In this document: positions 55,870 through 64,000 of the stretch, in pieces
How the letters are laid out: each line of letters opens with the position of its first letter
How positions within the stretch are numbered: position 1 is the first letter of the stretch
Translations under genes and position numbers: made by a program
Origin: an uncultured Alphaproteobacteria bacterium
Lineage (GTDB): Bacteria > Pseudomonadota > Alphaproteobacteria > HIMB59 > GCA-002718135
Direction of reading: 5' to 3'
DNA: 64,000 bases
Assembly (NCBI GenBank): GCA_902621725.1
Contig: CACNND010000001.1
Coordinates: 8,562-72,561 of the forward strand
The notes under the pieces: generated by a model
Databases searched by the model: none
What the model was told of the DNA's origin: nothing
Seen by the model: the letters and a program-made list of their open reading frames with translations, nothing else

Positions 55870-56355
55870 TTGTATATTAGTTTAGTGGACGAAAAAAAAC
55901 TCTTAAAATACGCCGTTGATTATTTAAGCAAATATGATTCTTCTAAGATTAATTTGGTTAATGTACTTAAAAGAAAAATTTTAAGATTAAAAACTACAAA
56001 TTATGAAAAGGGAAAGCTTTTTAATATAATTGAAAGTATAATAATAAAATTAGAAAAAAATAAATTTATTGACGATGACAGATATAGTTCAACAAAAATT
56101 TTATCTTTATCAAATTCTGGAAAATCTAAGAATTTTATATTCAATTACTTAGTAAAAAAAGGAGTTAATAAATCTCAAATTCAAAATAATTTAAATTTAA
56201 TAGAACAAAATAATGATAATTGGGAATTAAATTCAGCAAGAATTTTTGCTAAGAAAAAGAAATTATTAGAAAAAAATCAAAATTATGAAAAAAGTTTAGC
56301 AAAAATGGCAAGAGCAGGTTTTAGCTATGATATATGTAAAAAAATATTAGGTTAG
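55870..56355 (+). CDS. recX: RecX regulatory protein
   Basis: A..YLSKYDSS...L..VLKRK, IDDDRY, GKS, L..KGV, LAKMARAGFSYD. Confidence 0.85.
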   Translation: MYISLVDEKKLLKYAVDYLSKYDSSKINLVNVLKRKILRLKTTNYEKGKLFNIIESIIIKLEKNKFIDDDRYSSTKILSLSNSGKSKNFIFNYLVKKGVNKSQIQNNLNLIEQNNDNWELNSARIFAKKKKLLEKNQNYEKSLAKMARAGFSYDICKKILG

Positions 56356-57356
56356 CTTTCCTTGATATGAATCTTACCCTCTAATAATCTTGCTATCTGC
56401 TTGGTAGTTTCAAATCTTTCAAAAGAAATTCTTATAATTGCAGTTAGAGGTGCAGCAAGAAGAACACCAATGAATCCCCAAATCATTCCCCAAAAAATTA
56501 AAGATAGAATAATTGTAATTGGATGTAGTCCAAAACTCTCACCAAAAATTTTAGGTTCTATAAAATTTCCTACAATTTGATGAATAATTGTAGGTAAAAT
56601 TATTATTAGCACTACAAGAGTTGGATCATTATATTGAAGAAAAGCTATTGGTAATGGAAGTAAAACAGCTATTACTGATCCAATCACTGGAATAAAATTT
56701 AAAATAAATGTTAAGCTTCCAAAAATAAAAGCTAATTCTAAACCTAAAAACCAATAAATTAATCCAGCAGCAATACCTGTAAAAGCTGAAGTTAAAAATT
56801 TTGTAAATATATATTTTTTTACTAATCTGATAATATCATTCCATTCATCTGATGTATTTTTAGGTGGAGTTCCTAACAATAAAAATAGTGTTATAATTAC
56901 AACTAAAAGAAATTTAGAAATAAAGTTTGCACTATTACTTAATATAGCTGCTGCCCAGTTAGTAATTGGAAGTTCAGCAATTGTATTTCTAATTGTTTCT
57001 CTATCAATGTTAATATCTAATTCTTGAAGCTGTATTATAACCGCCTCTATTAAGATAATTACCTTTTTATTATAATCATCTGCCGATTCTAAGAATGTTG
57101 CAACTGAAGAAACAATAAAAGGAACTATAATTGAAAATAATAATATAATTAAACAAATACTTATAAAAACTGCAATAAATCTGTGAACGCGAAGATTAAT
57201 AGTCTGAAAATCAATAATTGGATCAATTAATATTCTTAAAAGAAGTGCTAATACAAATGGGACCATTATAGGTTGAGAAAAATTTAAAATAAATGCAACA
57301 GCTATACTAGCTAATATAAAAAGTGATCCAGAAATTACGCGATAATTTTCTTTCAT
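56352..57356 (-). CDS. AI-2E family transporter
   Basis: Multi-TM; LNFIPVIGS, GNFIEPKIFG...LHP, WG.IWG..G..LA.PL. Confidence 0.92.
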   Translation of the reverse strand: MKENYRVISGSLFILASIAVAFILNFSQPIMVPFVLALLLRILIDPIIDFQTINLRVHRFIAVFISICLIILLFSIIVPFIVSSVATFLESADDYNKKVIILIEAVIIQLQELDINIDRETIRNTIAELPITNWAAAILSNSANFISKFLLVVIITLFLLLGTPPKNTSDEWNDIIRLVKKYIFTKFLTSAFTGIAAGLIYWFLGLELAFIFGSLTFILNFIPVIGSVIAVLLPLPIAFLQYNDPTLVVLIIILPTIIHQIVGNFIEPKIFGESFGLHPITIILSLIFWGMIWGFIGVLLAAPLTAIIRISFERFETTKQIARLLEGKIHIKES

Positions 57357-58492
57357 TTTTTCTTAGTAGATTGAGGATTAAAAATTTCTGTTTTTTCATC
57401 TGATAATTTTTCAACATAAAGTGATTGACTTGGAAAAGCAAAACCAGCTTCATTATTTTCAATAATTTCTATTATTTTGACAGCAAGATCTTCTTTAATT
57501 TTTAAAAATTCAGCCCAATCATTTGTAACAGTAAATGTTTGCACTAACATATCAATAGAGCTATCAGAAAAACTATCTACCCGAACATAGAAACTGGCAT
57601 TTTGATTTTTTGCAAAGTTATCATCTTTCTCAATTAATGCATTTATTTCATCTCTAATTTTTTTTAATTGATCAATGGTTGTTCTGTATTCTAATCCAAT
57701 TAACCATCTTATACGTCTATGATGTCTTCTTGTATAATTAGTAACAGACTGCTCGGCAAATTTATAATTTGGTACCATTACAGGAGTTGAATCAAATCTT
57801 CTAACAAGAGTCGATCTAAATCCAATTTGCTCAACAACTCCTTCAACTTCTCCAGAAACTAAAATTATATCACCTACAGTAAATCTTTTTTCCATTAATA
57901 TCATAATACCGCTAATTAAATTTTTAAATAAATCTTGAGCACCGAGTGCCACTGCCACGCCAAATAAACCTAAACCAGCGATCACAGGACCCACTCTTAT
58001 GCCCCACAATTCTAATATTGCAACCATCCCAAGAACAATTACGAGAATTTTTAATCCTTTAAGAGTCCAATCCACTAAAGGTTTTGAAATTGTTGACTCA
58101 AAGTTTTTTATTACAAATGAAAATGGTATAATCAATTGATGCAATAGCCAGAATATAAAAATTGTAATTAAAGATCTGTTTAATAAATCTATAAAATCTT
58201 GATTATTTTCAGAAATATCTAAATATGAAGATGCTATAAAAAAGCCTATAACAACAGGTAAAAATTTCAATGGTCCATCAAGTACTTCAATGACGGCATC
58301 GTCAATTTGATTGGAAGTTCTTAAAACAATCCTTGATAATCGATTAAGAATAAATCTAGCTATAAGTCTTCTGAGCAAATAAAAAAGTAGAAAAATTATA
58401 AGACTAACTATGATATCTGTAGCGTTTATACCAAAAACACCATTATTCCATACATCTAAAAAAAGGTTAGTAAAGCTATTGAATGATTCCAT
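57353..58492 (-). CDS. mscS: Small-conductance mechanosensitive channel
   Basis: AGLGLFGVAVALGAQD..KNLISG, F.VGD, GFRST, VPN, FAFPSQ. Confidence 0.93.
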   Translation of the reverse strand: MESFNSFTNLFLDVWNNGVFGINATDIIVSLIIFLLFYLLRRLIARFILNRLSRIVLRTSNQIDDAVIEVLDGPLKFLPVVIGFFIASSYLDISENNQDFIDLLNRSLITIFIFWLLHQLIIPFSFVIKNFESTISKPLVDWTLKGLKILVIVLGMVAILELWGIRVGPVIAGLGLFGVAVALGAQDLFKNLISGIMILMEKRFTVGDIILVSGEVEGVVEQIGFRSTLVRRFDSTPVMVPNYKFAEQSVTNYTRRHHRRIRWLIGLEYRTTIDQLKKIRDEINALIEKDDNFAKNQNASFYVRVDSFSDSSIDMLVQTFTVTNDWAEFLKIKEDLAVKIIEIIENNEAGFAFPSQSLYVEKLSDEKTEIFNPQSTKKK

Positions 58493-58518
58493 AAGCGATA
58501 TATTTAATACTCACTAAC

Positions 58519-59055
58519 ATGAAAATTAGATTTTTACTTGTTTTTTTGATTATGCTTAACTTAAAGAATACATTATTAGCTAATGAAACAGTGAATTTAT
58601 ACGATTTTTCATTTGAAGATATAGACGGCAATCTAGTAAATTTAGAGAAGTTTGATGGTAAGCCAATTTTAATTGTGAATACAGCCTCAAGGTGTGGTTT
58701 CACCCCTCAGTATGCTGACCTCCAAAATTTATTTTTAAACTATAAAAATAGCGATTTAACAATAATAGCTACAACAAGCAATTCCTTCAATCAAGAGTAT
58801 TTGGACACCGAGGATATTAAACAAATATGCTTAGTTAATTACGGAGTAGGTTTTGTTACTTCATCACCAATGAATGTTAAAGGAAGCAATACTCATCCAA
58901 TTTATGCATGGATTGAGGAGGAGTATAATGAAAAACCAAAGTGGAATTTTTACAAATATTTATTTGATAGAAATGGCCTACTGATTAAATCATGGTCTTC
59001 TATGACAAAGCCAGACAGTTCGAAAATTACCAATCTAATTGATCGTCTAATCTAA
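58519..59055 (+). CDS. Glutathione peroxidase family (Cys type, likely exported)
   Basis: VNTASRCGFTPQY, F.QE, KWNFYKYL; N-terminal signal-like segment. Confidence 0.93.
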   Translation: MKIRFLLVFLIMLNLKNTLLANETVNLYDFSFEDIDGNLVNLEKFDGKPILIVNTASRCGFTPQYADLQNLFLNYKNSDLTIIATTSNSFNQEYLDTEDIKQICLVNYGVGFVTSSPMNVKGSNTHPIYAWIEEEYNEKPKWNFYKYLFDRNGLLIKSWSSMTKPDSSKITNLIDRLI

Positions 59056-59062
59056 AAAAAAA

Positions 59063-59080
59063 GGGCAAATAAATTTGCCC
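59063..59080. terminator. Bidirectional terminator between gpx and groEL
   Basis: A-run, gggcaaat-aa-atttgccc, then T-rich tail. Confidence 0.75.
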
Positions 59081-59105
59081 CTTTCTTAAAATATTTATTT
59101 GTTAA

Positions 59106-60788
<1,683 letters not shown>

Positions 60789-60795
60789 TTAATTT

Positions 60796-61101
60796 TTATT
60801 TCTTTTTCTTACCTGAAGTTATAATTCCCATGATGTCAGACTCTTTCATAATTAAAAAATCGTCACCATTCATTTTTACTTCAGTACCAGACCATTTTCC
60901 AAAAAGTATTTTATCTCCTTTTTTGACGTCCAAAGGTACCAGCTTTCCTGTTTCGTCTCTTGCTCCAGAACCAACTTCTAATACTTCACCTTCCATTGGT
61001 TTTTCTTGAGCAGTGTCAGGGATAATTATACCCCCTGCTGTTTTTTGATCAGAGTCCACTCTTTTAACAAGAACTCTATCATGTAAAGGTCTAAAATTCA
61101 T
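60796..61101 (-). CDS. groES: Co-chaperonin GroES
   Basis: [39 protein letters not shown]. Confidence 0.99.
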   Translation of the reverse strand: MNFRPLHDRVLVKRVDSDQKTAGGIIIPDTAQEKPMEGEVLEVGSGARDETGKLVPLDVKKGDKILFGKWSGTEVKMNGDDFLIMKESDIMGIITSGKKKK

Positions 61102-61143
61102 ATTTCCTCTTTTGTTAACTAATTGAAATTTAATAATTTTTTA

Positions 61144-61170
61144 TTAGCACTCTCGTAATAAGAGTGCTAG
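61144..61170 (-). promoter_or_regulatory. CIRCE element (HrcA operator) upstream of groESL
   Basis: + strand TTAGCACTC-N9-GAGTGCTAG, one mismatch to TTAGCACTC-N9-GAGTGCTAA. Confidence 0.95.
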
Positions 61171-61172
61171 TT

Positions 61173-61200
61173 ATGTAAGCATTATTAAGGTCTATTCAAG
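61173..61200 (-). promoter_or_regulatory. Putative RpoH promoter of groESL
   Basis: Minus strand CTTG-N17-CTTACAT, close to the alphaproteobacterial RpoH consensus CTTG-N17/18-CYTATNT; directly upstream of CIRCE. Confidence 0.65.
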
Positions 61201-61243
61201 AAGAAAACAAAAAAAAATTCGAATTAACGTAAGTTATGATATT

Positions 61244-62275
61244 TTGAAAAAAATGGTATTTTTTAGTGTTTTTTTTAGAACCCTTGGTTTTTTGAGTGCG
61301 TTATTAATTTTTATAATAATTGTTAACATTTTACTTAGTTTTTCTAAGGGTATGCAAAAAAAACAGTTTGTAATGACAGATGGCATCTCAAGCTCAAATA
61401 ATATTATAGCAAATATGAATTTGAATGGGCCAATTTTCAATAATTACAGCAATGTTTTAGGAAATAATTTTTTGGGATACATAAATCCTGAACAGGTTAA
61501 AGCATATTTAGAAGAATTAAAAAAACTAAAAGTAAATGTTCTAATAATAAATATTAATTCACCTGGGGGAACAGTGAGTGCAACTGCTGAATTAGAGAAA
61601 ATTATTTATGAATTTAAAAAAAATACAAATGTTAAAGTATATATTTTTACAAAAGAAATTTTAGCATCTGGGGGGTATTGGGTCGCAACTACAGCCGATA
61701 AAATATTTGCATCATATGGATCAGTTATAGGTAGTATAGGGGTAAGTGGTCCAAGTTGGATCTACTACAATACACCAACAAGTTTATCGTCAGGAATTTT
61801 AGGTCAATCAATTGAAACTAAAAATGGAATAGAATTTTATAGTCAAAATGCTGGTGAAGGTAAAGATTTGTTTAATCCATATAGACGACCTAAAACTAAT
61901 GAAATTAAACACTTACAAAAAATCGTTGATGATGTTTACAATGATTTTATTACAAAAGTTTCAAAAAGTCGTAAAATTGAAATTTCCAATTTAAAAAATA
62001 GTATTGGAGCTTTAATCTACAGTAGTAATCAAGCTAAAAAGAATTTTTTAATTGATGATGTTGTAAATTATGAAACACTTATCAAATTAATTATTAAGGA
62101 AAACAATTTTGAAGATTACAAAATTTATGAAAATAAGGTTAGTAATTCTATCCTAGAAAATCTATTAATTAGATACCAAGGTCAAACTAATGAAAAAAAA
62201 TTATTAGAAAACATTTGTAGAAATTTAGAAACTAATATTAATGTCGTTATTCCAATTTACCTAAAAGAGTGTTGA
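61244..62275 (+). CDS. S49 family signal-peptide peptidase (SppA-like)
   Basis: N-terminal TM, INSPGG, LASGGYWVA, GSIGV, G..KD. Confidence 0.87.
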   Translation: MKKMVFFSVFFRTLGFLSALLIFIIIVNILLSFSKGMQKKQFVMTDGISSSNNIIANMNLNGPIFNNYSNVLGNNFLGYINPEQVKAYLEELKKLKVNVLIININSPGGTVSATAELEKIIYEFKKNTNVKVYIFTKEILASGGYWVATTADKIFASYGSVIGSIGVSGPSWIYYNTPTSLSSGILGQSIETKNGIEFYSQNAGEGKDLFNPYRRPKTNEIKHLQKIVDDVYNDFITKVSKSRKIEISNLKNSIGALIYSSNQAKKNFLIDDVVNYETLIKLIIKENNFEDYKIYENKVSNSILENLLIRYQGQTNEKKLLENICRNLETNINVVIPIYLKEC

Positions 62276-62276
62276 G

Positions 62277-63299
62277 TTAAATTATAGTATTTAGCTCTTG
62301 GATTTTAATAATTAGATTTTTATAATAATTGCTTTGAGATAATACATTTTTGTGAATATATTTTTTTGCTAAACTGGAATGATTTTCAACCTCAACTGTG
62401 TCAGACACTATTTTAATATGTTTGAGATTATTGATTAGAGATAAGTTAAAATATCTGTCTTCAAGAATTTTTTCGTTATCTCTAAAAGTGGGTGTGATCT
62501 CATAGATCTCAGTTCCGGGTTTGCAAAAAATAATATTTGCTAAATTAGACCCATGTGGAGAAACAATTTTTTTAGCATTTGAAAAGATCTCTATCTGCTC
62601 ATCTATTTCATATAATTGAGGATTAATAACCTTGTATCCTTTACTTCTCAGGAGAGTTACGACATCTCCTTCATTTAGAATTTTTCTATAATTAGAACCC
62701 TCTCTGGTTACATATATTTTTTTACTTATTTCTACACCAGTTCTTGGATTTAAAAATTTTTTTAATATTTTTATTGAGTCATTCAAATTCATAAACTGGG
62801 GAAACTCAGAATTTATAAAATGATAAAAATCATCATCTAAAAAAACAAATGTAAATTCTATATTTAAGGATTGTAAAATATTTTCTATTAATTTTCTGTA
62901 TTTATTTGATGAATTTCTATGTATTGCAAGTTTAATTTTTTTTTTATTATTAAAAAAAATTCTTGGAAGAAATTGAAGTAAATTTGAATAATAATTACTA
63001 CCCGAATTTGACCCAAGGACATAAAGATCTTTAAAATTTTTCAATGAATTTTTGTTATCTTTAAAATTGTCAAAAAAAGTTTGAGAATAAAAATGAGAGG
63101 TGTTGTTAAGATCTCTCCTAAATAATGATGAAAATGTTTCATTATTTTCAGTAATTGGAAAGTAGTAGAATGAATCAGAAAAAAAATTACCTTTAAGTAT
63201 GTTACAATTAATTGATAAATTACTGAAATTTGCGTTAAGAAATAAATTTGATAAACGTTTATCACTTTTTATTTCAGTCGAATTTATATCAATTATCAT
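62277..63299 (-). CDS. Glycosyltransferase family 61 (DUF563) protein
   Basis: NYY..L...LPR, KIYVTR....RKILNE, EQIEIFSNA..IVSPHGSNLANIIFC.PGT..YEI. Confidence 0.8.
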   Translation of the reverse strand: MIIDINSTEIKSDKRLSNLFLNANFSNLSINCNILKGNFFSDSFYYFPITENNETFSSLFRRDLNNTSHFYSQTFFDNFKDNKNSLKNFKDLYVLGSNSGSNYYSNLLQFLPRIFFNNKKKIKLAIHRNSSNKYRKLIENILQSLNIEFTFVFLDDDFYHFINSEFPQFMNLNDSIKILKKFLNPRTGVEISKKIYVTREGSNYRKILNEGDVVTLLRSKGYKVINPQLYEIDEQIEIFSNAKKIVSPHGSNLANIIFCKPGTEIYEITPTFRDNEKILEDRYFNLSLINNLKHIKIVSDTVEVENHSSLAKKYIHKNVLSQSNYYKNLIIKIQELNTII

Positions 63300-63356
63300 T
63301 TTATCTATTTAATTAATACAGATTTGATTTAATTTAAATAATAACATTTTAATATT

Positions 63357-63433
63357 TGGCGCGCCTGAGAAGAGTCGAACTCCTAACCTTATGATCCGTA
63401 GTCATACGCTCTATCCAATTGAGCTACAGGCGC
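63357..63433 (-). tRNA. tRNA-Arg (ACG)
   Basis: Minus strand GCGCCTGTAGCTCAATTGGATAGAGCGTATGACTACGGATCATAAGGTTAGGAGTTCGACTCTTCTCAGGCGCGCCA; cloverleaf, anticodon ACG, encoded CCA. Confidence 0.97.
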
Positions 63434-63487
63434 TAATAATATTATACACTTTATATAAATCGTATGCTACTTTATAAAAATATTAGA

Positions 63488-64000
63488 ATGAAAATTATAT
63501 TGTTATTTATTGCAATAATTTCTTTTACACAAAATGCTTATACAGATGTTGGAAATGAAACTGGTCTAGAGATACCTAGATATGTATCTTTAAAATCTAA
63601 TGATGCAAATATAAGAGTAGGGCCAAGTAAAAATTATCCAATAAAAATTAAATATATAAAAAAAGATTACCCTTTAAAAGTATTAGAAGAGTATGAAGAT
63701 TGGAGAAAGGTTGAGGATTTTAAAATGAATATTGGATGGATTCATAAAAGCTTAATATCAGGTAATAGAACTGGTATTGTTTTGTCAAAAAATAACAAAA
63801 ATATTAAATTATTAAACACCTTGGGTGGCAATGTAATTGGAGAAATAGGCCAGGGAAATATTGTATATTTAACAAAGTGTAAAATTGATTGGTGTTATGT
63901 TGCAGTGAAAAATTTCAAAGGTTGGATGAATAAAAAATATATTTGGGGTGTAAAAGAAAAAGAAATAATTAAAATTAACTTTCTACAAAGATTTGAAGAT
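63488..64000 (+). CDS. Bacterial SH3-domain protein (3' truncated by window edge; absent from ORF track)
   Basis: Hand translation MKIILLFIAIISFTQNAYTDVGNETGLEIPRYVSLKSNDANIRVGPSKNYPI...EYEDWRKV...GWIHKSL...DWC...KGW; frame is open to the window end. Confidence 0.87.
   Translation, partial: MKIILLFIAIISFTQNAYTDVGNETGLEIPRYVSLKSNDANIRVGPSKNYPIKIKYIKKDYPLKVLEEYEDWRKVEDFKMNIGWIHKSLISGNRTGIVLSKNNKNIKLLNTLGGNVIGEIGQGNIVYLTKCKIDWCYVAVKNFKGWMNKKYIWGVKEKEIIKINFLQRFED

Noticed and set aside
58519-59055. Selenocysteine glutathione peroxidase
   Set aside because: The active-site codon is TGT (Cys) and the frame has no internal TGA.

Overview
AT-rich, very densely packed chromosomal segment of a streamlined alphaproteobacterium, probably marine and SAR11-like in composition with a Rhodospirillales-like gene order (the taxonomy is inference). 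About 62 CDSs and one tRNA-Arg(ACG). I found no rRNA, CRISPR array, integrase or transposase. Content in order: fabI'-aroC, tlyA-xseB, rluD-rpoH, purA-hisZ-glmM-ftsH-tilS, tol-pal, yebC-ymdB-ygfA-zapA, tkt-gap-efp-suhB-rpmE, trcR, a photolyase plus furan-fatty-acid-type cassette, a large folate-dependent methyl-oxidation region (metF-like, fhs, soxBDAG, DMG dehydrogenase-ETF-ETF:QO, DmdA/GcvT-like), apaG-trkH, argFD, recX, mscS, gpx, groESL with a CIRCE operator, sppA, a GT61 glycosyltransferase and a partial SH3 protein. The strongest observation is at the conserved ruvC-ruvA-ruvB-ybgC slot between yebC and tolQ. Those genes are absent and a single 97-aa PD-(D/E)XK protein with the motif pattern of archaeal/phage Hjc Holliday-junction resolvases sits there instead, suggesting in-situ replacement of RuvABC. 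Other conserved operons show clean gaps (ispA-dxs, folP, 6S RNA, pgk), and a Zn-ligand-less fragment resembling class II aldolase follows gap. All calls come from reading motifs and synteny by eye; no database searches were run.
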